Shown: one piece after another, positions 12,636 to 26,460 of the stretch
Position numbering within the stretch: the first letter of the stretch is position 1
Layout of the letters: every line of letters begins with the position of its first letter
NCBI GenBank assembly: GCA_012295275.1
Contig: CM022675.1
Coordinates: 5,952,001-6,016,000, forward strand
DNA from: Chrysomallon squamiferum
Lineage: Eukaryota > Animalia > Mollusca
Direction of reading: 5' to 3'
Length of the DNA stretch: 64,000 nt
Notes under the pieces: model-generated
What the model saw: the letters and a program-made list of their open reading frames with translations, nothing else
Databases searched by the model: none
What the model was told of the DNA's origin: nothing
Program-made: the position numbers and the translations under genes

Positions 12636-15600
12636 GGGTATTGGAATTTTTTTTTATTTATAACGTTATGTTACATTCTGTTGTTTTTATTTCATTTTAT
12701 TTAAATTTATTTATTTGGATATTTTTCTGTTTTCTGTATGAAAAATTCATATTATACCAAAATATGCATATGTGTGTGTGTGTGTGTGTGGATAGGGGTA
12801 TGCATGTGTGTTTTCTTACCTACACATTTATCTTTCTGTCTGTCTTTGTATTTATCTATGTGTGTCTGTTTGTTTCTTTGTGAAAATGTGTATTTAAGTC
12901 TCTTTTTTTCACAAATTTAGGCTATCAGTTTAAGGGTGCTCCAGAAAAGGTGAAAGAAGCAAACAAAAAAGATTTGTGCTTTGAGCTGACAGCACCAAAC
13001 AAAAGAACGTTTGAGGTAAATGTTTATTTTTTGTTTTTATTTTCTTCAGTCTTGATGCAGAAATGTTTTCAAGAAACATCACCAGCAAAATATGTGTGAT
13101 TTCAGTTAGAAAAAAATCTTTGCTTGCCATTTGACAAATATCACCGATTTAGAACTGAAGTTATTTGTTTTGTTATTCACAGCAGCTATGTCCAGATAAT
13201 GTAATGTTCCAGTAGATTTTGAAAGATGTATGTGTCTTTGTATGTAATAAGCCTCTATGTTAAAACAACAGTCTGACTTTCATTTATGAGGATTGAAAGT
13301 CATTACAAATTTATATATATAAAAACATAGACACAGACATATATGTATATAGGATTTTGTTTTTATTAAAAATATCATTATCCTGATTCTGTTATTATTA
13401 TTATTATTCATTATTTTAAGTGTAACGTTATTCTTTATAAAAAAATCAAAAAAAATCAGTAAATGGTAAAATTCAAGGAAATAAAACAAAACAAAAACAC
13501 TTCTGTTTTCAGAGATTTAGCTTTTTCAGGGGTACACAAAAGTGTAGTCATAAGGTATATTTGCTGTAAATAATTTCTTTGAGGTTTTCGGATAAAATAG
13601 TTTTAAACCTTTTTTGATTAACATGATGGAAGGAACAGGACGCAAACATTAATTCACTCTTAAGGTATTTATAGGGTTACTTTTTAATAAAGGTTGTGTT
13701 TTGTTTTGCTTTTTTCACAAATCATTCTTAATATTCACTTCTTTATTTTCTTCCTCTAATAATGTTAATCATCTAATTTTTAATTATTTATTTTATTTTC
13801 ATTTCAGATCATTAGTAATTTTTACTTCTTTCTTTCTTTCTTTATTTTTTTAATTATTTTAGTTTTGTTATTATTATTGTTGTTGTTTTTGTTTTTAATC
13901 ATTATTTTTGATTTTTAGGACATTTATTTATCTTATATATTCTTATATTTGATTAATTTTCTTATTTAAATTTTAGAAATCTGTTTTCATTTTCATTTAT
14001 TCGATACAAGGATTTATTTATTTTTCTTTTTTAATGGGTAGAAGGTTTTGTTATATCTTGGTTTTATTATGTTCCTGTATTTTTTTGTTTGTTTTTTCTC
14101 ATTCTTTCTTTAATTTCTCTGTTAGTAATCAATGGTTTAATAATAAATAAATATAATAATAAAATATTTGGTGGTCCTAAAAAACAAGAATCAAACATAA
14201 AAAAAAAATGTTCCAAGGAAACCGTTTGCTAATTTCATAAGATAATTATGAAAAAACATTCAGTACATTTGCAGCAAAATCATTTCTCTCTCTGTGGGTT
14301 TGTGTCTTTAAAGTATAAATTATAAGCTATATTTTTTAACTTTATTTTAAATTAATGTTTTGTATTGTATTTTTTCTTTCTGTAGCCTGAATTGGTGGTA
14401 AGTTGTGTTGTTAATTACAAACCTCAAGCCCTGCACATATTTTTGATCTATTTTTTTACTTTGGGCTGCATGAATAAATGCTTTAGTAAAAAATCTTTAT
14501 ACTTCCAAGTTACATTTTATTATTTTGGCTGAGATACCTTTACTAATAACAAAGTATGGCAGTACAAAAAATACAAAACATTGGAATGCTGCCATTTTAC
14601 CCCTTCACAGCTAGAGTCATTATGATACAGAGACAGATGTCATTTTTTTAAGACCACACTAGGGGAGACAATATCATGACTTGAGAACAATGTACTGTTT
14701 TCTTATCCTTTATTGTTAGTTAAGAATAGATAGCAAAAACAAAGTGTAATAAAATTTTAAAAAATAATATAATATAATATAATAAAACATACTTGGAAGT
14801 GTTCATAATATACTCTAATTGTGTTGTTGTAACTAAAAAAAAAAAAAAAAACTAAAAAAAGATTATACAGGCTTTTCTCTGCATCTCTGTAATTAAAATT
14901 TGTTTTATTAATTCTAAACCTTACTGACAGTTGTTGAAATTTAATTTGCAAGTATTAATATTAATTTTACTGATTAACATGCATTAAACAAAAAATGTAT
15001 TTACATTTTGACATCTGTATATTTATATATAATGAAAGTTTGCTGATAATGATTTGAAAATGAAAATCTGAAAATCAGTTTGACTACAATACTCAAAAGA
15101 AGCTAAATCACATAAATAAATAAATAAACAAATAAATAAACATTCATTTTTATCAATTATCCTTATGACTTTGTCTCAGTTTGGCATGTATGATTTGTTT
15201 AATTTGTTTCCCAAATTATGAACAAGCTTAACTAAACATTTCACACAAAAAAAAGTTGCATGAAAATATTTAACAGTTTTTTTGCTGAGTGCTGCTGTTG
15301 GTCATACCACACTTGCTTATATAATGTTGTGTGTGATTGGCCAGATTGTTGTGATATGAAACCTGGTGTATGATTGGCCAGATTGTTCTGATTTGTACCT
15401 GGTGTTAATATTGCATGTGTCATTTGCAAGCATGACAGTCTTAAGAATATCCAAGTGTTTTGCTGAGATGTGCAACAATTAATATTAATAGTTAATAATT
15501 AGTGTTGATAATTAGTAATTAATATTAATACTTATAATTTCATCATCATGTGACATATACAGACTGACAAGGTAAAAGCAAATATCAAACCAGTGAGTCT

Positions 15601-16283
15601 TAAACTTCACTTTTCATTTTTCTTCAAATGGAGATTATAACTTATGTTCTTGTTTTTTTTCTGTTATTTTCCGGTTTTTTTTTTTTTCCTATTATGGTTG
15701 GTGTTTCTGAAATCTCATAATAAACAACAGCAAGGATCAAACATTGAGTCCTAAACTAAACTTTTCAATTTTCTTCATCTACAACTTTTCTTTCCTCTTA
15801 TATTTTTTTAAATTATTTTTATATGTTATGGTTGGTATCTCTGAAATACCATTTTAGCTGGTGTCCCTTGACAGACTTGTATCAAAATCCAGGGTACATG
15901 CTCTCCTGTTTCTTATTAAGAATATTTAAAAAAAAATAAAATAAAATACTCCTGCTGCTAATCCAAAAAAAGAAAAGAATACATAATGCAGTAACAGTGG
16001 CTTTTTTTCTCTCTCACTGAATGCATTTTATCTACACATGATTTTCACCTCCTGTTAGTGTGGATTAAAAAATGTTCCATCCTGCTCTCGAGTCTTTTGT
16101 CTGTTTCATTTCCTTCCTGCTTCACAGAGTTACTCTGCACTCATTGTTTTGAGCCGAGAAATAAGATTACTTCAGAAAGATTTCATAGGAAAATTATGTC
16201 CCAGTGTTGTTTATGCGTTAGTCAGTTTTTGATGAAGAACTACAGGAAATGTAAATACTAATTATATAATAATAATAATAATA

Positions 16284-16327
<44 letters not shown>

Positions 16328-16872
16328 AATATCATCCTCAAAGCTATAATAAATAAAATTTTCATTGGCTGATCACATAACATATATTTACAGTAATTAT
16401 ACCCTTATAGATAAAATGTTGAACATCATTCAAGACATTTTAAAGATAATGATTATTCTACAAGAAACATGTTTTGTACAATCGTGTTGTAGTTTAGGAA
16501 ATCTGCCTCAGACACACACCTATCCCCACGAACCACTGCCCCTTCCCTATCTTAGCAGCTATATATATATATTTTTTTAATATATATATTTAGAGAGATT
16601 CTTTCAGTTTTCACATGGTTTTAGAACACAGACTGTCTTGGAGCACTGGCTGTGTTGGGAAAAACACATAACTCCTGTGCCCGTGGTGTTACAGGTTGAC
16701 AGTCTAATCTCAGAACTACCACTCCATAAACTAAACACAAAAACAAAACATTAAAAAATATAAAAAATTCTTCATCTTAAACCTGTTACCTATTCCATGT
16801 TTATTATTATTATTATTCTTGTTGTTTTATCTTAGTTATTAATATTATTATGATTAGCATTTTTATTATTAA

Positions 16873-16903
<31 letters not shown>

Positions 16904-17138
16904 CTTTTATTTATTTTTTATTATTAATTATTATGTTAGTTAATATCAGCTATTTATATTTTATATTTTATTTTTTTTATATATTTTATTACTGTTATTA
17001 TTACTGTTGTTATCAGTTTTATTGTAGTTGTTATTACAAATTATTATTTAACTTTTGTTATTACTACTGTTACTATGTTGGTTAATATTAGTTAATAATA
17101 AAATATATACATAAAATAAAATATTAATATTATTATTA

Positions 17139-17214
<76 letters not shown>

Positions 17215-17221
17215 CATTATC

Positions 17222-17268
<47 letters not shown>

Positions 17269-18884
17269 TTTTATTTTTATTAGTATTATTATTAACCTAA
17301 TTTTATAACTTAATTTTACAACTTAATTTCATAACTTAGAATTATTAATGTTCTTGTTATTATTGTAGTTGTCACTGTTGTTATTATTTTCAGTTTATAG
17401 CCGATTCACAGGAAGAGTTCGATTCCTGGAAACAAGCAATAGAAACTGCAGCAGGAACATCAGAAGATGTTATTTCAGGTGAACCAGGTAGAAAACAAAT
17501 ATGACTTATTAACAAAAAAAAAAAAAAAATGGAAACTGCAGGAATAAATTGGAATAAAATAGTGATTGATTTTTTCTCTTCATCCAAAGTTTTGCACTGC
17601 CACTGTCTCTGTTATCCTGTCCCTCTTTCTTACTGTGTGCAGTTCTGTCTCATTTTTATTCTCTGCTTCTTTATCACTATGTAATTGTCTGTTATTCAGT
17701 TACTCTTTCTCACTATATGTACTTCTTATTCTGTCCCCAACGTTGTCCCGCTTTCTCACTATATATAATTGTTATTCTCTCCCTAATAGTCCCTCTTTCT
17801 CACTTCATGAACTTGTTCCTAATTTTTTGTCCATCTTTCTGACTATATGTACTTCTTATTCTGTCACTAACATTGTCCCTCTTTCTCACTATATTAATTC
17901 TTATTCCATCTTTAATATTGTCCCTCTTTCTGACCAGATGTTCTTATTCTGTCCCTCTTTCTCACTAGATGTTCTTAGTCTGTCCCTAATATTGTACCCC
18001 TTTCTCACTTCATGTACTTCATATTCTGTCCCTGATGTTGTCCCTCTTTCTCAGTGTATCTGGTTCTGCCCATTGTTCTGTGCCATTGTCTCACTCATTA
18101 TCTCTCTGTCTCAGTAACTTTATGCTTAGGTTTTAGTCAACTTATATGTGTATCTGTGTTCACTGTGTTTTTAAACTTTACATAAGTCTCATCAGACCCA
18201 AAGGCTGGGAATAATAATAATAATATTATAGATTATTCTTACAGAACAATCTTTGGTAATTTTAACAAATTCACTTAAATATTTACAGAGGAGATCTACG
18301 AAGCCATCGGTGACAACGTTGAACCTGAATCACCTGATCGCCCTCCCCTTCCAAGTGTACCCCCTCCTCAGACTCCTTCGGGAGAATCTGCCAAGAATCT
18401 AACCCCGCAGGAGCCCGACACCGAAGACATATACGAAGATGCAGAAAGCGCCAACCAGAAACCGGAAACTCCCCCTGCCCCTCCCACGCGGAACCTACCA
18501 GCAACGCCCCCCAGCAGCGCTGCCCCGCCCACCCCTGCCAGAAATCCACCGACAGTGCCGTCCATAGCGCCGCCGACTCCACCCCCTGCCAGGAGGTCCC
18601 CACTACCCGAGCTCCCACCCTTGCCACCCACCCCCACCCCCACCGAACCGGAGAAGAAGAAGAAGATAATCTGCCCCGCTGAGGACTTTGAGAATATGTT
18701 CTACGGCAAGTGGGACTGCACGGGCAACGCCAGCGACGAGCTCACGTTCAAACGCGGGGACATCGTTCACATCATCAACTACGACTTTGACAAGGACAGC
18801 TGGTGGGTGGGCGAGCTGGAGGGCAAGTTTGGTCTCGTCCCCAAGGAGTACATGACAAGGGCCTATGAGGAAGTGGCTGCGTGA
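8218..18884 (+). CDS. SKAP2: Src kinase-associated phosphoprotein (SKAP1/SKAP2 family): dimerisation helix, PH, Pro-rich linker, SH3; 8 coding exons
   Basis: Exons 8218-8257, 11050-11220, 11508-11570, 11823-11897, 12243-12368, 12921-13015, 17394-17487 (alternative donor 17478) and 18289-18884, all GT-AG and in phase. N-terminal IRFVLTDVEKFCAESLVGVKLSKKQQQEKDKILKDI matches the SKAP dimerisation domain; PH CGYLDKKRK..QKRYCAIHKNIFYYYEKPTDKKQCGAF..CFELTAPNKRTFEFIA..W; EEIYE/EDIYE tyrosine motifs; SH3 WDCTGNASDELTFKRGDIVHII..WWVGELEGKFGLVPKEY. Confidence 0.92.
9392..9970 (+). CDS. Orphan intronless ORF (192 aa from ATG 9392) inside SKAP intron 1; possibly virus- or mobile-element-derived
   Basis: Long, non-repetitive open frame in AT-rich intron: basic N-terminus (PKKGRRKLKRK), Tyr/Trp/Asp-rich body, acidic C-terminus, AATAAA at ~10054. 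No family recognised. Confidence 0.5.
   Translation: MPEPEPKKGRRKLKRKIQDCYIDHGYNEDFWNYIYRPPCGITIPPAGEGYDRTNVDDLYAHYNAVNHQRDRDVQRLGGTHTVTDLFAGTDDERIRPEFHEERKAWRRRVGYYGYYIPDDMYDHVFEYLNDWNYNIVENILMKKPEERPDWIEEVDPDLRYESIVDYAPTWAEVNAREDDIEQKEYDALYDEE
10160..10612 (+). repeat. Dispersed repeat, copy 1 (second copy at ~39448-39915)
   Basis: Colinear high similarity over ~450 bp, e.g. taatcctttgcaata.ataaactcagctaatcctt and tttgacagcaaacctatcat..gatagagcttatcaacaagcaaaaataat in both copies. Confidence 0.9.
17585..18115. repeat. Degenerate pyrimidine-rich minisatellite in SKAP intron 7
   Basis: Many recurrences of tgtccctctttctcact..cttattc. Confidence 0.75.
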
Positions 18885-20070
18885 ACATATATTTCTGATT
18901 AAAATTATCATTATTACTGTCAATAACATTGCTTTTATTTTTATTTAATATTATTGTAATATTATTATTATTGTAATATTATTATTATTAATATATTATT
19001 ATTATTGTAGTTGTTATTATTATAGTATTATTATTATTAATAATATTATTATGTTCGTTGTTATCATTATTACTAATACTTCTGTTACAACCATTTTCAG
19101 TATCTTTTAATTTAGATTTCAAATTAATATTAACTGCTTAATGCTTTCCATTGTAACTCTTGTAATTTACTTGTGTTAGATTCTTATTTTTATTTTAAAA
19201 TTCACAGATGAATCTTCATCTTGCAGAACACTGTGATAGATGTTTCTTTTGTGGGTTTTTTTCTTGCTGACAGTAATATGTACTGAGTGCCCACTTCAGT
19301 TAACTATGACTAGTTAATTAATCATTTTAATACTAATTTAAGAAACATATTTAAAAAAAACAAAAACTTGTGAACTTTAATTATCAGTACTGTTAACAGT
19401 AACAATTAACAATGTGAAATCATTTATTTTAGGTGTATTAGTTACCGAATCAGTTTGAAATCTTCTGTTGTGTGTGTGTGTGTGTGTGTGTCTGTTCATG
19501 CATGATTAAATAGTATCATTACATATTTTCCTCAATTCAAAATATTTAACAGAATTCCAGATAAATAATAAAGTTTCCAAACCTAGTTATTTCCCCTTAT
19601 TTCGAACCCCCCCCACCAAATTATAATTTTCTTAAAATAAACAAGATTATTGAAATTCATCACTTTTACTAAGTAAAACTTTTGTAAAGTGGTGTGACTG
19701 TGTAAATACGTTATAAATACATTTTACATATTTATGAGTTGCTATCTTTTTATTTAATTTTAATTTTTGCCTGTACAGGTGCTAAGAATATTTGTCATGT
19801 TATTATTTTTTTTAAACCTATCCAGGTTCTGTTAATATAAAAAAATATTTTTTTTTACTTACCACTTGTTTGTTTAATTTGGTTATTTGAGGTGTGGTAT
19901 TTTATCTGTGTAGATCCTATAAGCATAATAAATATCTTTTTTGTTTTTAAACTTTAACTGTAAAAATATTAAAATATTGAAATATTTTCTTTACTTCCAA
20001 GTAGTTTTTTTTTATGTATTTGTTTGCTTTTTCTCCTCAGTTTTATCTGTACTGGTATTGAAAGTGTAAA

Positions 20071-20360
20071 AATATTTTTGGTACTTAAATATTTTTGTTT
20101 GAATTTTTTTTGGTCATCTCTTTTTTTAGTTATTATTATTAAATTTTATCTCTACATTTTCTTTTCTTAAAAAAATATAAACAAAAAAAATTCTGTACTT
20201 AATGTTGTTCAGATTAAATATTTTGGTACTTAAATATTTTTGTTTGAATTTTTTTTGGTCATCTCTTTTTTCAGTTATTATTATTAAATTTTATCTCTAC
20301 ATTTTCTTTTCTTAAAAAAATATAAACAAAAAAAATTCTGTACTTAATGTTGTTCAGATT
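20071..20360. repeat. ~144-bp tandem duplication downstream of SKAP (probable 3' UTR)
   Basis: ttttggtacttaaatatttttgtttgaa...ctgtacttaatgttgttcagatt present twice in tandem. Confidence 0.9.
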
Positions 20361-21177
20361 TTCTCGGTAAAGATTCTGAAAGCATAAAAATATTTTCTTT
20401 ACTTACAAGTTATTGTTTTGTTATTAAATTCTTATTTCTTTTTCTTTTTTTAAATCCTTATTTTCACTAGCACAGGTCCAAAAGATATACAAATATTAGT
20501 TTTAACCACACAATTATGAAGAAAGCTGTCAATTATTTAGATTTTATTTATTTATTTTTTCTTTTTTTCATTACTAAAACAACATACTAACATACTAAAC
20601 CTTAACAAAATTTCTAATCTCTCACAAAAAAAATTAAAAAAAAAATTGTTTTAATTATGAAAATTACCACAATTAAACACATCCAAGAATTATTCAACAT
20701 TATCACATGAATACAAATATATTAGCTTTTTTATTATTCTTTTTTTTAATCTGTTATTCAAAACATGAACCAACAAGATGCAAAAACATACTATAAAATA
20801 ATGAAGCTGATTTTGAAAAATGATATATAAATCCTGAAGGCTGCTAAACAAAGGATCAACACATTATTTTTATTATTATTTTTTAAATTTGTTATTTAAT
20901 ATCTACAATGGAAACACTGCTTCAATCTATTCCACATCAAAGCATGTCAAAAAATTTGTAAAACATACACAAACAGTTATCAAATTTCGCACAGACAAAC
21001 AGAGTGAAAAATTAACAGTTTCTGATGTTATTTTTTCAAGAAGAAAGCAATAGCTGAAAGATAAGATAATAATAAAAAAAAAAAATAATAATAATAATAT
21101 AAAGAAACATTTGAGACAACTCATAAAACGTAGGAAAAATGAGATAAAAAAAAAATATATATAACAATAAATAAATC

Positions 21178-21209
<32 letters not shown>

Positions 21210-21322
21210 CAAGTATTAAAATTCTGAATAAATTGGCTTGGTAAGTTTTTTTTAGGACACATGTTAATTTGACTCAAAAAGAGGAAACCCAACAGTGTGC
21301 TGTGAATAAAACTGAAACAGCA

Positions 21323-21632
21323 TCATGCGATTTGGTTTCCTGTTCTTTTATAAAATCGTTCATCCACCCTCTTAACGAAGGACGTGAGGTTTTTAAACTG
21401 TTCTATTATCTCCGCAAACCGTCGCTCTGGCAGGTAGGTGGTAAGCAGAGTGAACAGGTGACCAAAAACAAGAGCATCCAGCTCAGTGGGTCTGAAATAA
21501 ATAACAAAATAAAACGGAATAAGGAGCAGAAATAATGGAATGACAAAGAAAAGAAGGTAAGGAGGTAAGGTAAATAATGGAATGACAAAGAAAAGAAGGT
21601 AAGGGTAGATGAGACAGAGTGAGAGTGAGAGT

Positions 21633-21677
<45 letters not shown>

Positions 21678-23165
21678 TGTATATAGATAGATAGATAAAT
21701 TGATAGATATTTAGCTGGAGAAAGTTAAAGAGTGACAGAGAAATGTTGACAATATATTTTAGAAGATCTGTTAAAATATGTGAATGAATAAGTAGTGTAA
21801 CAAAATTCTTCACACTTTCAGATTATCTTGTAATTCAGGGCAATCTATCAATGTATCATCACTAGCGTAATAAACTATTCAAATAAAATGACACAAAATG
21901 TTTAAATCATAACCATTTTATTCTTCCACAACTGAAATCATTTCACAGAGAAAAAAGAGAAGAAAAACAAAATGAACATATTAAAAAGAAATTTAAAAAA
22001 TAACAAAACATTGCAAACCTTTCACCAAAAAAGTAATTCTGTTTATCCAGTCTTTCTGACAAAGCTTCACAGCAAATTCGAACCTCATCACAAACCTAAA
22101 AAAAAAAAAAAAAAATAATAAAAAATAAAATGCAAAAGTAAAATACATACATACATACATACAAAAATAAATAAATAAATAAATAAAAAATAAATAAATA
22201 AATAAAAAAAATAAATAAATATTAAAAGTTTGATGTGACATCCTCATAGGACATCATATTAATTACAAATGTCAAAATATATGAACACACACAAACAAAC
22301 AGAGACACACCTACCTGTGTTATTGTCTTCCTAGCCCAGCCTATGCTGTCTAACATGGCGTATATTTCTCTCTGTTTCTTCCAAGGAAGAATTGTTCTTA
22401 ATGGCCATGGATGTACACAGCCATAACGAGGTTTTGTCACCTGTTCATTTTAAGAAGGTAATAAAAGTTGGAATAAAATCTTTCTTTAAATACATTTGTC
22501 TGTATGTCTTCATCCATACATGTATGTGTGTAAGTGTATATCTGAATTTGTGTGTGTGTGTGCATGAGTGATTGTGTGCGTGCGTGCATGTGTGAATGTA
22601 ATGCTTTATTTAATGAGTCTACTTGTATTTTACAACCAAACAGAGCTAGGAAACAAGCTGATAACACTCACCTCCAATGAAACAGTTTTATCTACCCAAG
22701 CCAGATAAAGCTGAAAACAGAAAATATTCTTTTTTTTTTGTCTCAGACTTGTTAGATACACAGACATATGTACATTCATACACTTATAAACAAACAGACA
22801 CAAACATACATATATATATAAACACATACATGCATTATAAACATATATACATACAGACATAAATATAAAACATACACACAAATGCACACATACACACAAA
22901 TTTATAATAATAAAAATTATCTATTTCTACATCACATGAATATATTTGTCTGAGTTTTTGATTTTTCACAGCATAACTGTTTGTAGCTGACACTACAAGT
23001 TTTAGATAATTATGTTTAGCTGATACATACAGACAGACAGACAGAGTCATATACAACTATATTACCTCAGCTTTCACGAGAATGTTGTCAACAAGAGCCA
23101 TGTATGCTCGCATTTCAGATCTCTCACTCTCACTTAGATCACGACTGAGTAGAAAACCCTGAAAA

Positions 23166-23200
<35 letters not shown>

Positions 23201-23572
23201 ACAAACAAACAAATAACAGAATAATGAAATAAATAAGTATGTAAATAAATAAGTAAATAAACAAATAAATAAACAAACAAATAAACAAATGGATAACAGA
23301 ATAAATAAGTATGTAAATAAAATATATAAATAAATAATAAATAAACAAATAAATAAAAAAAATGAATAACAGAATAACCAAATAAATATGTAAATAAATA
23401 AATAAATAACAAATAAATAAATAAACAAATAAATAAACAAATGAATAACAGAATAACCAAATAAATAAGTATGTAAATAAATAAATAAACAAATAAATAA
23501 ACAAATAAATAAACAAATGAATAACAGAATAACCAAATAAATAAGTATGTAAATAAATAAATAAATAACAAA

Positions 23573-23603
<31 letters not shown>

Positions 23604-26385
23604 CAAATAAATAAATAAACAAATAAACAAATGAATAACAGAATAACCTAATAAATAAGTATGTAAATAAATATATATATAAATAAATAAATAAATGGAT
23701 AAATAAATAAATAAATAAATATGCAAGTAAAAAAAGCAGCTAAATAAATAAAACTAAAAATTAAATAATAAATAAGATGGTCCTACTGTATGCAATAAAA
23801 ATATATAAATAAAATAAAATAGAATAAAATAAAATAAATTAAAATAGTATGGAAGTTTAGTGAATTAATTTTAGATGAGCACATTACAACGAAGATAAGA
23901 ACCATTTCACAACAGAAACAAGCAACAGAAAACTGAACTGACTCACTTTTGTTTGCACAAAGCCAATGATTGGATCAAGTTCTGAGATGAGGAAAGGTCC
24001 ACAGTGCAAGAATGGAACTTTACCTAGAAACACATATAACCTTATAAAATACTACTAATAATAATAATAATAATAATAATCAGAATGATAATCATAATGA
24101 TAATGTTAATAATAATAATAATTTAAAAAATGAATACTACTACTACTACTATTGATAATGATGATGATGATGATGATATTTAGCATTAAACAAAAATAAT
24201 ATGATTATATCATTATAATAACAGCAAAAAATGATGATACAGATGAAAATTTAATATTATTCTGTTCACTGCATACTTAAATTGCATAGAATGATGTTAA
24301 TTATCCAACATAAAATAGCATTCATATTTTGTTTTGGTTTTATCTTTTTGGTTGACAGAATGTGTGGCAATAACTGGGGAAGTGACAACTTCATTCAGCA
24401 GTGACAGATAATAAAACTTTGAGTGAATATATATCCATTTATCACAAAGAAACAGTTCAACAATAACACCACCATTACCACAACAACCATAATGATAGCA
24501 TTAATAATACAGAAGAAAGGAAAAATAATAATAATAATAATAATGATGATGATGATAACAATAAGGCTTTAAAATTTCTCAAAACCAGATCTGAACTGAA
24601 CAGGAAACCCCCACCCCCTCCCTTGAATTAGAGGACATCTACAGCCTTGTGATGCATCATGTTTGTAAATGTAAAACCCAGTGAATCAAACAACAGTCCA
24701 GTGTTTTTCCTACTTGGTGCCCGAGTTTCAAGAAACTTCACTGTAAATTTCATCAAATATAAGAAAACTTTTAACCCGAAATCACTTTTTTTTTTTTTTT
24801 TTTTTTTTACAATCATTATTATTATAATATTTTAAACTAAATGATTACTTCTGTAAAAAAATACAATGAATAAAAATAATGAAAAGAAAAATAAATAAAT
24901 AAAAAATAAAAATAATTTAAAAAAAAAAAGAATGAAAAAGAAAGAAAAAAGAAATAATTAATATAAAAAATAATACTAATAATAAAAACAAATAATAATA
25001 ATTAAAATTTTTTAAAAATTAAAACTTAAAAATATCAAATAATAAAATGTCTGTAACTTCTTTTCATCTGTACTACAGTGTATCCATGGTGATGCAAGCA
25101 GTAACTTGGAATAGTCTAGATTTAGATACTGTGTGTGTCGCAGTTTCTATGGAAAAATTCTGCAGACAGAGATTTTAACTTTTTATCAGAATCCAACCTG
25201 TACTCTGACTGCCTTGACCTGAATAACCTCTTGTTACCTGGCAACCAGTGATTAGCTAGAGGTGAAAAAAGTGCTTACCCGATGGAGACATTTCTTCGGC
25301 GTTTGTTCTCAGTTCGACTTTAAAGTGTAGACCGCACATGTGCAGAAAAGTCTTAACACTTAGACAGCTGGCATAGTCAGGAAAAGTGATCTGTTCCACT
25401 GAAGAAGAAAAATTACATACATGTATGTGTGAGAGTCTGTATGTGTGTGCATGCGTGCGTATGTGTCTGTCCCACTGAAAATAAAAATTACATACATGTA
25501 TGTGTGAGAGTCTGTATGTGTGTGCATGCATGCGTGCATATGTGTCTGTCCCACTGAAAATAAAAATTACATACTTGTATTTGTGTGTATGTGTGTCTGT
25601 AGTGCTGAAAATAACAATTATATATGTGTATTTGTGTCTGAATATCTGTATGTGTTAGTTCCACTGAAAAGAACAATTGCGTATACATACTTGCATTTGC
25701 AGGTTTCTCTGTGTGTTGGAGTTCATGTCTGTATGGTACATGCTCATGTGTTTCTGTTTTGTATGCCTCCCTTTGTGTATTTATATATATATAAAAATGC
25801 TCAGGCACATAACTATCCAAATACAAAAATATGAAGTCATGCAGGAAAAAATGTCTGATAATTTCGGTCTACATACAACCATGATTTGCCATTTCACTGC
25901 AGAAGTGAATGACATAAAAATGTTGAGTTTTTTACTAAGGTGGGATTTCTGAAGAATAAATATTAATGTCATTTGATGAAGCAAACATATAAACGTAAAT
26001 TTAATTACTTGTGTTAATCATCACTTGTCTGTGTTTGTATGTGTGTATTTTTGTTTGTGTGTGTACATGAGCATGTATGTGTTGTGTATGTGTGTGCGTG
26101 TGTGTGCGTGTGTGTGCTCGTTTGTGTGTAAAATTAAAATTTACCTTGATATGGTTGGTAAAGACAAGCATCCTCTGGCCATGGCTCTGATGCTGAAATA
26201 GTAATATTACACACAAGCATAATATAATAATTATTTATTATTATTTTGTTTTATTTATTTATTCTTTTTTTAGTCAATATATAGTATAAATAATAAACAA
26301 AATTAACCATTGAAACGAGCATTTAAAACAATAATAAATAAATAAATGATGACACTGATAACAAAAGTAATAATCCGCATAATAC

Positions 26386-26460
<75 letters not shown>

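Noticed and set aside
17566-18117. 183-aa ORF in SKAP intron 7
   Set aside because: Derived from a degenerate pyrimidine-rich minisatellite; no domain and no splice logic.
18283-18929. Gly/Val-rich antisense ORFs
   Set aside because: Shadow frames of the GC-rich SKAP terminal exon.
23057-23726. Long hydrophobic ORFs (FIYL repeats) resembling membrane proteins
   Set aside because: Translations of AAAT microsatellites in an MTX2 intron. The same applies to the poly-Y, poly-I, poly-N, CV and HT ORFs throughout the window.
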